DNA from: the human T2T-CHM13v2.0 reference genome, Homo sapiens
Strand: one strand, 5' to 3'
NCBI RefSeq assembly: GCF_009914755.1
Contig: NC_060933.1
Length of the DNA: 64,000 nt
The position numbers and the translations under genes were made by a program. Positions 1-12,537 of this stretch are shown piece by piece. Every line of letters begins with the position of its first letter. Position 1 is the first letter of the stretch. Below the pieces are notes generated by a model. That model ran no database searches. It saw nothing but the letters and a program-made list of their open reading frames with translations, and was not told the DNA's origin.

Positions 1-71
1 CTTTTTACAGAGCAGTTTTGAAACACTCTTTTTGTGGAATCTGAAAGTGGATATTTGGATAGCTTTGAGGA

Positions 72-88
72 TTTCGTTGGAAACGGGA
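72..88 (+). other. CENP-B box (representative; also 410-426, 752-768, 1090-1106 and two per tetramer throughout)
   Basis: TTTCGTTGGAAACGGGA matches the 17-bp consensus YTTCGTTGGAARCGGGA with the core nTTCGnnnnAnnCGGGn intact. Confidence 0.97.
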
Positions 89-238
89 TTACATATAAAA
101 CCTAGAGAGAAGCATTCTCAGGAACTTCTTTGTGATGTTTGCATTCAAGTCACAGAACTGAACATTCCCTTTCATAGAGCAGGTTTGAAACACTCTTTCT
201 GTAGTATCTGCAAGCTGACGTTTCAAGCGCTTTCAGGC

Positions 239-255
239 CTATGGTGAGAAAGGAA
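239..255 (+). other. pJalpha/A-box-like motif in A-type monomer (representative)
   Basis: CTATGGTGAGAAAGGAA lies at the position homologous to the CENP-B box and resembles the pJalpha consensus CTAYGGTGRAAAAGGAA. Confidence 0.8.
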
Positions 256-625
256 ATATCTTCAAGTAAAAACTAGACAGAAGCATTCTCAGAAACTTAT
301 TTGCGATGTGTGTTCTCAACTAACAGAGTTGAACCTTTGTTTTGATATGGCATTTTGGAAACACTCTTTTTGTAGAATCTGCAGGTGGATATTCGGATAG
401 CTTTGAAGGTTTCGTTGGAAACGGGAATATCTTCATATAAAATCTAGACGGAAGCATTCTCAGAAACTGCTTTGTGATGTTTTCATTCAAGTCACAGAGT
501 AGAATGTTCCCTGTTATATACCAGGTTTGAGACACTCTTTCTGCACTACCTGGAAGTGGACATTTGCAGCGCTTTGAGGCCTATGATGAAAAAGGAAATA
601 TCTTCCCATAAAAACTAGACAGAAG

Positions 626-1305
626 CATTCTCAGAAACTTGTTTGTGATGTGTGTATTCAACTAACAGAGATGAACCTTTCTTTTTACAGAGCAGTTTTG
701 AAACACTCTTTTTGTGGAATCTGAAAGTGGATATTTGGATAGCTTTGAGGATTTCGTTGGAAACGGGATTACATATAAAATCTAGAGAGAAGCATTCTCA
801 GGAACTTCTTTGTGATGTTTGCATTCACGTCACAGAACTGAACATTCCCTTTCATAGAGCATGTTTGAAACACTCTTTCTGTAGTATCTACAAACGGACA
901 TTTCAAACGCTTTCAGGCCTATGGTGAGAAAGGAAATATCTTCAAATAAAAACTAGACAGAAGCATTCTCAGAAACTTATTTGCGATGTGTGTCCTCAAC
1001 TAACAGAGTTGAACCTTTCTTTTGATACAACATTTTGGAAACACTCTTTTTGTAGAATCTGCAAGTGGATATTTGAATAGCTTTGAAGGTTTCGTTGGAA
1101 ACGGGAATATCTTCATATAAAATCAAGACAGAAGCATTCTCAGAAACTTCTCTGTGATGTTTGCATTCAACTCATAGAGTTGAACACTTCCCTTCATACA
1201 GCAGGTTTGAAACACTCTTTTTGTAACATTTGGAAGTGGACATTTGCAGCGCTTTGAGGCCTATGTTGAAAAAGGAAATATCTTCTCCTAAAAACCAGAC
1301 AGAAG
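626..1305 (+). repeat. Representative 680-bp tetramer subunit (monomers a-b-c-d, types B-A-B-A; 167+171+171+171 bp)
   Basis: Monomer starts 626, 793, 964, 1135, next 1306. The first monomer is 4 bp short (GGGATTACATAT vs GGGAATATCTTCATAT). Three recurrent subtypes: A (AAAACCTAG, CAAGCTGACG, GCAGGTGG), B (TTCACGTC, GCATGTTT, AAACGGACA) and C (TTTGCGGA, TAGGGAG, GTTTTAAGC, CATATGAAA). Confidence 0.95.
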
Positions 1306-1431
1306 CATTCTCAGAAACTTCCTTGTGATGTGTGTACTCAAGTAACAGAGTTGAACCTTCCTTTTGACAGAGCAGTTTTGAAGCACTCTTTTTGTAGAAT
1401 CTGCAAGTGGATATTTTGATACCTTTGAGGA

Positions 1432-1448
1432 TTTCGTTGGACACGGGA
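1432..1448 (+). other. Variant CENP-B box with intact core in the first trimer monomer (representative)
   Basis: TTTCGTTGGACACGGGA retains TTCG, A and CGGG. The change is at a non-core position. Confidence 0.85.
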
Positions 1449-1601
1449 TATCTTCATATAAAATCTAGACAGAAGCATTCTCAGAAACTTCTTTGTGCTG
1501 TATGTCCTCAATTAACAGAGTTGAACCTTTGTGTGGATACAGCATTTTGGAAACATTCCTTTAGTAGAATCTGCAAGTTGATATTTAGATAGCTAGGAAG
1601 A

Positions 1602-1618
1602 TTTCCTTGGAAACGGGA
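1602..1618 (+). other. Degenerate CENP-B box in the second trimer monomer (representative; seen in every trimer inspected)
   Basis: TTTCCTTGGAAACGGGA has core TTCG changed to TTCC (GTTCCTTGG in the hybrid-type units). Confidence 0.88.
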
Positions 1619-4600
1619 ATATCTTCATATAAAATCTAGACGGAAGCATTCTCAGAAAGTGCTTTGTGATGTTTGCATTCAAGTCACAGAGTTGAATATT
1701 CCCTTTTATAGAGCAGGTTTGAAACACTCTTTCTGCACTACCTGGAAGTGGACATTTGGAGCGCTTTGAGGCCTATGTTGAAAAAGGAAATATCTTCCCA
1801 TAAAAACTAGACAGAAGCATTCTCAGAAACTTGTTTGTGATGTGTGTATTCAACTAACAGAGATGAACCTTTCTTTCTACAGAGCAGTTTTGAAACACTC
1901 TTTTTGTGGAATCTGAAAGTGGATATTTGGATAGCTTTGAGGATTTCGTTGGAAACGGGATTACATATAAAACCTAGAGAGAAGCATTCTCAGGAACTTC
2001 TTTGTGATGTTTGCCTTCAAGTCACAGGACTGAACATTCCCTTTCATAGAGCAGGTTTGAAACACTCTTTCTGTAGTATCTGCAAGCTGACGTTTCAAGC
2101 GCTTTCAGGCCTATGGTGAGAAAGGAAATATCTTCAAGTAAAAACTAGACAGAAGCATTCTCAGAAACTTATTTGCCATGTGTGTTCTCAACTAACAGAG
2201 TTGAACCTTTGTTTTGATACGGCATTTTGGAAACACTCTTTTTGTAGAATCTGCAGGTGGATATTCGGATAGCTTTGAAGGTTTCGTTGGAAACGGGAAT
2301 ATCTTCATATAAAATCTTGACGGAAGCATTCTCAGAAACTGCTTTGTGATGTTTTCATTCAAGTCACAGAGTAGAATGTTCCCTGTTATATACCAGGTTT
2401 GAGACACTCTTTCTGCACTACCTGGAAGTGGACATTTGCAGCGCTTTGAGGCCTATGATGAAAAAGGAAATATCTTCCCATAAAAACTAGACAGAAGCAT
2501 TCTCAGAAACTTGTTTGTGATGTGTGTATTCAACTAACAGAGATGAACCTTTCTTTTTACAGAGCAGTTTTGAAACACTCTTTTTGTGGAATCTGAAAGT
2601 GGATATTTGGATAGCTTTGAGGATTTCGTTGGAAACGGGATTACATATAAAATCTAGAGAGAAGCATTCTCAGGAACTTCTTTGTGATGTTTGCATTCAC
2701 GTCACAGAACTGAACATTCCCTTTCATAGAGCATGTTTGAAACACTCTTTCTGTAGTATCTGCAAACGGACATTTCAAACGCTTTCAGGCCTATGGTGAG
2801 AAAGGAAATATCTTCAAATAAAAACTAGACAGAAGCATTCTCAGAAACTTATTTGCGATGTGTGTCCTCAACTAACAGAGTTGAACCTTTCTTTTGATAC
2901 AACATTTTGGAAACACTCTTTTTGTGGAATCTGCAAGTGGATATTTGGATAGCTTTGAAGGTTTCGTTGGAAACGGGAATATCTTCATATAAAATCAAGA
3001 CAGAAGCATTCTCAGAAACTTCTCTGTGATGTTTGCATTCAACTCATAGAGTTGAACACTTCCCTTCATACAGCAGGTTTGAAACACTCTTTTTCTAATA
3101 TTTGGAAGTGGACTTTTGCAGCGCTTTGAAGCCTATGATGAAAAAGGTAATATCTTCCCATAAAAACTAGAAAGAAGCATTCTCAGAAACTTGTTTGTGA
3201 TGTGTGTATTCAACTAACAGAGATGAACCTTTCTTTTTACAGAGCAGTTTTGAAGCACTCTTTTTGTAGAATCTGCAAGTGGATATTTTGATACCATTGA
3301 GGATTTCGTTGGACACGGGATATCTTCATATAAAATCTAGACAGAAGCATTCTCAGAAACTTCTTTGTGCTGTATGTCCTCAATTAACAGAGTTGAACCT
3401 TTGTGTGGATACAGCATTTTGGAAACATTCCTTTAGTAGAATCTGCAAGTTGATATTTAGATAGCTAGGAAGAGTTCCTTGGAAACGGGAATATCTTCAT
3501 ATAAAATCTAGACGGAAGCATTCTCAGAAAGTGCTTTGTGATGTTTGCATTCAAGTCACAGAGTTGAATGTTCCCTTTTATAGAGCAGGTTTGAAACACT
3601 CTTTCTGCACTACCTGGAAGTGGACATTTGGAGCGCTTTGAGGCCTATGTTGAAAAAGGAAATATCTTCCCATAAAAACTAGACAGAAGCATTCTCAGAA
3701 ACTTGTTTGTGATGTGTGTATTCAACTAACAGAGATGAACCTTTCTTTTTACAGAGCAGTTTTGAAACACTCTTTTTGTGGAATCTGAAAGTGGCTATTT
3801 GGATAGCTTTGAGGATTTCGTTGGAAACGGGATTACATATAAAACCTAGAGAGAAGCATTCTCAGGAACTTCTTTGTGATGTTTGCATTCAAGTCACAGA
3901 ACTGAACATTCCCTTTCATAGAGCAGGTTTGAAACACTCTTTCTGTAGTATCTGCAAGCTGACGTTTCAAGCGCTTTCAGGCCTATGGTGAGAAAGGAAA
4001 TATCTTCAAGTAAAAACTAGACAGAAGCATTCTCAGAAACTTATTTGCGATGTGTGTTCTCAACTAACAGAGTTGAACCTTTGTTTTGATATGGCATTTT
4101 GGAAACACTCTTTTTGTAGAATCTGCAGGTGGATATTCGGATAGCTTTGAAGGTTTCGTTGGAAACGGGAATATCTTCATATAAAATCTAGACGGAAGCA
4201 TTCTCAGAAACTGCTTTGTGATGTTTTCATTCAAGTCACAGAGTAGAATGTTCCCTGTTATATACCAGGTTTGAGACACTCTTTCTGCACTACCTGGAAG
4301 TGGACATTTGCAGCGCTTTGAGGCCTATGATGAAAAAGGAAATATCTTCCCATAAAAACTAGACAGAAGCATTCTCAGAAACTTGTTTGTGATGTGTGTA
4401 TTCAACTAACAGAGATGAACCTTTCTTTTTACAGAGCAGTTTTGAAACACTCTTTTTGTGGAATCTGAAAGTGGATATTTGGATAGCTTTGAGGATTTCG
4501 TTGGAAACGGGATTACATATAAAATCTAGAGAGAAGCATTCTCAGGAACTTCTTTGTGATGTTTGCATTCACGTCACAGAACTGAACATTCCCTTTCATA

Positions 4601-7600
4601 GAGCATGTTTGAAACACTCTTTCTGTAGTATCTACAAACGGACATTTCAAACGCTTTCAGGCCTATGGTGAGAAAGGAAATATCTTCAAATAAAAACTAG
4701 ACAGAAGCATTCTCAGAAACTTATTTGCGATGTGTGTCCTCAACTAACAGAGTTGAACCTTTCTTTTGATACAACATTTTGGAAACACTCTTTTTGTAGA
4801 ATCTGCAAGTGGATATTTGAATAGCTTTGAAGGTTTCGTTGGAAACGGGAATATCTTCATATAAAATCAAGACAGAAGCATTCTCAGAAACTTCTCTGTG
4901 ATGTTTGCATTCAACTCATAGAGTTGAACACTTCCCTTCATACAGCAGGTTTGAAACACTCTTTTTGTAACATTTGGAAGTGGACATTTGCAGCGCTTTG
5001 AGGCCTATGTTGAAAAAGGAAGTATCTTCTCCTAAAAACCAGACAGAAGCATTCTCAGAAACTTCCTTGTGATGTGTGTACTCAAGTAACAGAGTTGAAC
5101 CTTCCTTTTGACAGAGCAGTTTTGAAGCACTCTTTTTGTAGAATCTGCAAGTGGATATTTTGATACCTTTGAGGATTTCGTTGGACACGGGATATCTTCA
5201 TATAAAATCTAGACAGAAGCATTCTCAGAAACTTCTTTGTGCTGTATGTCCTCAATTAACAGAGTTGAACCTTTGTGTGGATACAGCATTTTGGAAACAT
5301 TCCTTTAGTAGAATCTGCAAGTTGATATTTAGATAGCTAGGAAGATTTCCTTGGAAACGGGAATATCTTCATATAAAATCTAGACGGAAGCATTCTCAGA
5401 AAGTGCTTTGTGATGTTTGCATTCAAGTCACAGAGTTGAATATTCCCTTTTATAGAGCAGGTTTGAAACACTCTTTCTGCACTACCTGGAAGTGGACATT
5501 TGGAGCGCTTTGAGGCCTATGTTGAAAAAGGAAATATCTTCCCATAAAAACTAGACAGAAGCATTCTCAGAAACTTGTTTGTGATGTGTGTATTCAACTA
5601 ACAGAGATGAACCTTTCTTTTTACAGAGCAGTTTTGAAACACTCTTTTTGTGGAATCTGAAAGTGGATATTTGGATAGCTTTGAGGATTTCGTTGGAAAC
5701 GGGATTACATATAAAACCTAGAGAGAAGCATTCTCAGGAACTTCTTTGTGATGTTTGCCTTCAAGTCACAGGACTGAACATTCCCTTTCATAGAGCAGGT
5801 TTGAAACACTCTTTCTGTAGTATCTGCAAGCTGACGTTTCAAGCGCTTTCAGGCCTATGGTGAGAAAGGAAATATCTTCAAGTAAAAACTAGACAGAAGC
5901 ATTCTCAGAAACTTATTTGCCATGTGTGTTCTCAACTAACAGAGTTGAACCTTTGTTTTGATACGGCATTTTGGAAACACTCTTTTTGTAGAATCTGCAG
6001 GTGGATATTCGGATAGCTTTGAAGGTTTCGTTGGAAACGGGAATATCTTCATATAAAATCTTGACGGAAGCATTCTCAGAAACTGCTTTGTGATGTTTTC
6101 ATTCAAGTCACAGAGTAGAATGTTCCCTGTTATATACCAGGTTTGAGACACTCTTTCTGCACTACCTGGAAGTGGACATTTGCAGCGCTTTGAGGCCTAT
6201 GATGAAAAAGGAAATATCTTCCCATAAAAACTAGACAGAAGCATTCTCAGAAACTTGTTTGTGATGTGTGTATTCAACTAACAGAGATGAACCTTTCTTT
6301 TTACAGAGCAGTTTTGAAACACTCTTTTTGTGGAATCTGAAAGTGGATATTTGGATAGCTTTGAGGATTTCGTTGGAAACGGGATTACATATAAAATCTA
6401 GAGAGAAGCATTCTCAGGAACTTCTTTGTGATGTTTGCATTCACGTCACAGAACTGAACATTCCCTTTCATAGAGCATGTTTGAAACACTCTTTCTGTAG
6501 TATCTGCAAACGGACATTTCAAACGCTTTCAGGCCTATGGTGAGAAAGGAAATATCTTCAAATAAAAACTAGACAGAAGCATTCTCAGAAACTTATTTGC
6601 GATGTGTGTCCTCAACTAACAGAGTTGAACCTTTCTTTTGATACAACATTTTGGAAACACTCTTTTTGTGGAATCTGCAAGTGGATATTTGGATAGCTTT
6701 GAAGGTTTCGTTGGAAACGGGAATATCTTTATATAAAATCAAGACAGAAGCATTCTCAGAAACTTCTCTGTGATGTTTGCATTCAACTCATAGAGTTGAA
6801 CACTTCCCTTCATACAGCAGGTTTGAAACACTCTTTTTCTAATATTTGGAAGTGGACTTTTGCAGCGCTTTGAAGCCTATGATGAAAAAGGTAATATCTT
6901 CCCATAAAAACTAGAAAGAAGCATTCTCAGAAACTTGTTTGTGATGTGTGTATTCAACTAACAGAGATGAACCTTTCTTTTTACAGAGCAGTTTTGAAGC
7001 ACTCTTTTTGTAGAATCTGCAAGTGGATATTTTGATACCATTGAGGATTTCGTTGGACACGGGATATCTTCATATAAAATCTAGACAGAAGCATTCTCAG
7101 AAACTTCTTTGTGCTGTATGTCCTCAATTAACAGAGTTGAACCTTTGTGTGGATACAGCATTTTGGAAACATTCCTTTAGTAGAATCTGCAAGTTGATAT
7201 TTAGATAGCTAGGAAGAGTTCCTTGGAAACGGGAATATCTTCATATAAAATCTAGACGGAAGCATTCTCAGAAAGTGCTTTGTGATGTTTGCATTCAAGT
7301 CACAGAGTTGAATGTTCCCTTTTATAGAGCAGGTTTGAAACACTCTTTCTGCACTACCTGGAAGTGGACATTTGGAGCGCTTTGAGGCCTATGTTGAAAA
7401 AGGAAATATCTTCCCATAAAAACTAGACAGAAGCATTCTCAGAAACTTGTTTGTGATGTGTGTATTCAACTAACAGAGATGAACCTTTCTTTTTACAGAG
7501 CAGTTTTGAAACACTCTTTTTGTGGAATCTGAAAGTGGATATTTGGATAGCTTTGAGGATTTCGTTGGAAACGGGATTACATATAAAACCTAGAGAGAAG

Positions 7601-9305
7601 CATTCTCAGGAACTTCTTTGTGATGTTTGCATTCAAGTCACAGAACTGAACATTCCCTTTCATAGAGCAGGTTTGAAACACTCTTTCTGTAGTATCTGCA
7701 AGCTGACGTTTCAAGCGCTTTCAGGCCTATGGTGAGAAAGGAAATATCTTCAAGTAAAAACTAGACAGAAGCATTCTCAGAAACTTATTTGCGATGTGTG
7801 TTCTCAACTAACAGAGTTGAACCTTTGTTTTGATATGGCATTTTGGAAACACTCTTTTTGTAGAATCTGCAGGTGGATATTCGGATAGCTTTGAAGGTTT
7901 CGTTGGAAACGGGAATATCTTCATATAAAATCTAGACGGAAGCATTCTCAGAAACTGCTTTGTGATGTTTTCATTCAAGTCACAGAGTAGAATGTTCCCT
8001 GTTATATACGAGGTTTGAGACACTCTTTCTGCACTACCTGGAAGTGGACATTTGCAGCGCTTTGAGGCCTATGATGAAAAAGGAAATATCTTCCCATAAA
8101 AACTAGACAGAAGCATTCTCAGAAACTTGTTTGTGATGTGTGTATTCAACTAACAGAGATGAACCTTTCTTTTTACAGAGCAGTTTTGAAACACTCTTTT
8201 TGTGGAATCTGAAAGTGGATATTTGGATAGCTTTGAGGATTTCGTTGGAAACGGGATTACATATAAAATCTAGAGAGAAGCATTCTCAGGAACTTCTTTG
8301 TGATGTTTGCATTCACGTCACAGAACTGAACATTCCCTTTCATAGAGCATGTTTGAAACACTCTTTCTGTAGTATCTACAAACGGACATTTCAAACGCTT
8401 TCAGGCCTGTGGTGAGAAAGGAAATATCTTCAAATAAAAACTAGACAGAAGCATTCTCAGAAACTTATTTGCGATGTGTGTCCTCAACTAACAGAGTTGA
8501 ACCTTTCTTTTGATACAACATTTTGGAAACACTCTTTTTGTAGAATCTGCAAGTGGATATTTGGATAGCTTTGAAGGTTTCGTTGGAAACGGGAATATCT
8601 TCATATGAAATCAAGACAGAAGCATTCTCAGAAACTTCTCTGTGATGTTTGCATTCAACTCATAGAGTTGAACACTTCCCTTCATACAGCAGGTTTGAAA
8701 CACTCTTTTTCTAATATTTGGAAGTGGACATTTGCAGCGCTTTGAGGCCTATGTTGAAAAAGGAAATATCTTCTCCTAAAAACCAGACAGAAGCATTCTC
8801 AGAAACTTCCTTGTGATGTGTGTACTCAAGTAACAGAGTTGAACCTTCCTTTTGACAGAGCAGTTTTGAAGCACTCTTTTTGTAGAATCTGCAAGTGGAT
8901 ATTTTGATACCTTTGAGGATTTCGTTGGACACGGGATATCTTCATATAAAATCTAGACAGAAGCATTCTCAGAAACTTCTTTGTGCTGTATGTCCTCAAT
9001 TAACAGAGTTGAACCTTTGTGTGGATACAGCATTTTGGAAACATTCCTTTAGTAGAATCTGCAAGTTGATATTTAGATAGCTAGGAAGATTTCCTTGGAA
9101 ACGGGAATATCTTCATATAAAATCTAGACGGAAGCATTCTCAGAAAGTGCTTTGTGATGTCTTCATTCAAGTCACAGAGTAGAATGTTCCCTTTTATAGA
9201 GCAGGTTTGAAACACTCTTTCTGCACTACCTGGAAGTGGACATTTGGAGCGCTTTGAGGCCTATGTTGAAAAAGGAAATATCTTCCCATAAAAACTAGAC
9301 AGAAG

Positions 9306-12300
9306 CATTCTCAGAAACTTGTTTGTGATGTGTGTATTCAACTAACAGAGATGAACCTTTCTTTTTACAGAGCAGTTTTGAAACACTCTTTTTGTGGAAT
9401 CTGAAAGTGGATATTTGGATAGCTTTGAGGATTTCGTTGGAAACGGGATTACATATAAAACCTAGAGAGAAGCATTCTCAGGAACTTCTTTGTGATGTTT
9501 GCCTTCAAGTCACAGGACTGAACATTCCCTTTCATAGAGCAGGTTTGAAACACTCTTTCTGTAGTATCTGCAAGCTGACGTTTCAAGCGCTTTCAGGCCT
9601 ATGGTGACAAAGGAAATATCTTCAAGTAAAAACTAGACAGAAGCATTCTCAGAAACTTATTTGCCATGTGTGTTCTCAACTAACAGAGTTGAACCTTTGT
9701 TTTGATATGGCATTTTGGAAACACTCTTTTTGTAGAATCTGCAGGTGGATATTCGGATAGCTTTGAAGGTTTCGTTGGAAACGGGAATATCTTCATATAA
9801 AATCTAGACGGAAGCATTCTCAGAAACTGCTTTGTGATGTTTTCATTCAAGTCACAGAGTAGAATGTTCCCTGTTATATACCAGGTTTGAGACACTCTTT
9901 CTGCACTACCTGGAAGTGGACGTTTGGAGCGCTTTGAGGCCTATGTTGAAAAAGGAAATATCTTCCCATAAAAACTAGACAGAAGCATTCTCAGAAACTT
10001 GTTTGTGATGTGTGTATTCAACTAACAGAGATGAACCTTTCTTTTTACAGAGCAGTTTTGAAACACTCTTTTTGTGGAATCTGAAAGTGGATATTTGGAT
10101 AGCTTTGAGGATTTCGTTGGAAACGGGATTACATATAAAACCTAGAGAGAAGCATTCTCAGGAACTTCTTTGTGATGTTTGCATTCAAGTCACAGAACTC
10201 AACATTCCCTTTCATAGAGCAGGTTTGAAACACTCTTTCTGTAGTATCTGCAAGCTGACGTTTCAAGCGCTTTCAGGCCTATGGTGAGAAAGGAAATATC
10301 TTCAAGTAAAAACTAGACAGAAGCATTCTCAGAAACTTATTTGCGATGTGTGTTCTCAACTAACAGAGTTGAACCTTTGTTTTGATATGGCATTTTGGAA
10401 ACACTCTTTTTGTAGAATCTGCAGGTGGATATTCGGATAGCTTTGAAGGTTTCGTTGGAAACGGGAATATCTTCATATAAAATCTAGACGGAAGCATTCT
10501 CAGAAACTGCTTTGTGATGTTTTCATTCAAGTCACAGAGTAGAATGTTCCCTGTTATATACGAGGTTTGAGACACTCTTTCTGCACTACCTGGAAGTGGA
10601 CATTTGCAGCGCTTTGAGGCCTATGATGAAAAAGGAAATATCTTCCCATAAAAACTAGACAGAAGCATTCTCAGAAACTTGTTTTTGATGTGTGTATTCT
10701 ACTAACAGAGATGAACCTTTCTTTTTACAGAGCAGTTTTGAAACACTCTTTTTGTGGAATCTGAAAGTGGATATTTGGATAGCTTTGAGGATTTCGTTGG
10801 AAACGGGATTACATATAAAATCTAGAGAGAAGCATTCTCAGGAACTTCTTTGTGATGTTTGCATTCACGTCACAGAACTGAACATTCCCTTTCATAGAGC
10901 ATGTTTGAAACACTCTTTCTGTAGTATCTGCAAACGGACATTTCAAACGCTTTCAGGCCTATGGTGAGAAAGGAAATATCTTCAAATAAAAACTAGACAG
11001 AAGCATTCTCAGAAACTTATTTGCGATGTGTGTCCTCAACTAACAGAGTTGAACCTTTCTTTTGATACAACATTTTGGAAACACTCTTTTTGTAGAATCT
11101 GCAAGTGGATATTTGAATAGCTTTGAAGGTTTCGTTGGAAACGGGAATATCTTCATATAAAATCAAGACAGAAGCATTCTCAGAAACTTCTCTGTGATGT
11201 TTGCATTCAACTCATAGAGTTGAACACTTCCCTTCATACAGCAGGTTTGAAACACTCTTTTTGTAATATTTGGAAGTGGACATTTGCAGCGCTTTGAGGC
11301 CTATGATGAAAAAGGTAATATCTTCCCATAAAAACTAGACAGAAGCATTCTCAGAAACTTGTTTGTGATGTGTGTATTCAACTAACAGAGATGAACCTTT
11401 CTTTTTACAGAGCAGTTTTGAAACACTCTTTTTGTGGAATCTGAAAGTGGATATTTGGATAGCTTTGCGGATTTCGTTGGAAACGGGATTACATATAAAA
11501 TCTAGGGAGAAGCATTCTCAGGAACTTCTTTGTGATGTTTGCATTCAAGTCACAGAACTGAACATTCCCTTTCATAGAGCAGGTTTGAAACACTCTTTCT
11601 GTAGTATCTGCAAGCGGACGTTTTAAGCGCTTTCAGGCCTGTGGTGAGAAAGGAAATATCTTCAAATAAAAACTAGACAGAAGTATTCTCAGAAACTTAT
11701 TTGCGATGTGTGTCCTCAACTAACAGAGTTGAACCTTTCTTTTGATACAACATTTTGGAAACACTCTTTTTGTAGAATCTGCAAGTGGATATTTGGATAG
11801 CTTTGAAGGTTTCGTTGGAAACGGGAATATCTTCATATGAAATCAAGACAGAAGCATTCTCAGAAACTTCTCTGTGATGTTTGCATTCAACTTATAGAGT
11901 TGAACACTTCCCTTCATACAGCAGGTTTGAAACACTCTTTTTCTAATATTTGGAAGTGGACATTTGCAGCGCTTTGAGGCCTATGTTGAAAAAGGAAATA
12001 TCTTCTCCTAAAAACCAGACAGAAGCATTCTCAGAAACTTCCTTGTGATGTGTGTACTCAAGTAACAGAGTTGAACCTTCCTTTTGACAGAGCAGTTTTG
12101 AAGCACTCTTTTTGTAGAATCTGCAAGTGGATATTTTGATACCTTTGAGGATTTCGTTGGACACGGGATATCTTCATATAAAATCTAGACAGAAGCATTC
12201 TCAGAAACTTCTTTGTGCTGTATGTCCTCAATTAACAGAGTTGAACCTTTGTGTGGATACAGCATTTTGGAAACATTCCTTTAGAAGAATCTGCAAGTTG

Positions 12301-12537
12301 ATATTTAGATAGCTAGGAAGATTTCCTTGGAAACGGGAATATCTTCATATAAAATCTAGACGGAAGCATTCTCAGAAAGTGCTTTGTGATGTTTGCATTC
12401 AAGTCACAGAGTTGAATATTCCCTTTTATAGAGCAGGTTTGAAACACTCTTTCTGCACTACCTGGAAGTGGACATTTGGAGCGCTTTGAGGCCTATGTTG
12501 AAAAAGGAAATATCTTCCCATAAAAACTAGACAGAAG
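9306..12537 (+). repeat. 19-mer HOR variant (A-A-B-C-trimer, 3232 bp)
   Basis: Trimer markers 8895 to 12127 are 3232 bp apart. Four tetramer ORFs at 9332, 10012, 10692 and 11372. Confidence 0.93.

Larger units (their letters stand above)
1306..1817 (+). repeat. Representative 512-bp trimer subunit (monomers e-f-g, types B-B*-A; 170+171+171 bp), one per HOR unit
   Basis: Monomer starts 1306, 1476, 1647. Diagnostic motifs GGACACGGGATATC, TGTGCTGTATGTCC, GCTAGGAAG and GAAAGTGCTTTG. It is marked by the 'MDILIPLR' ORF, which occurs 27 times. Confidence 0.95.
1..9305 (+). repeat. Block of 11-mer HORs (partial 1-1817; 1818, 3690, 5562, 7434; 1872 bp each)
   Basis: Trimer marker at 1407, 3279, 5151, 7023 and 8895, exactly 1872 bp apart. 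The first unit is cut by the window edge, so its size is inferred from similarity to the 3690 unit. Confidence 0.95.

Noticed and set aside
90-100. TATA-like CATATAAAA after each CENP-B box
   Set aside because: It is part of the alphoid consensus, and sequence alone gives no evidence of promoter function.
626-1305. Assignment to D13Z1/D21Z1 (alphaRI 680-bp family) because of the 680-bp and 11-mer periods
   Set aside because: I noticed no periodic EcoRI (GAATTC) site, and periods alone are shared among SF2 arrays. It is disfavoured but needs an alignment to exclude.
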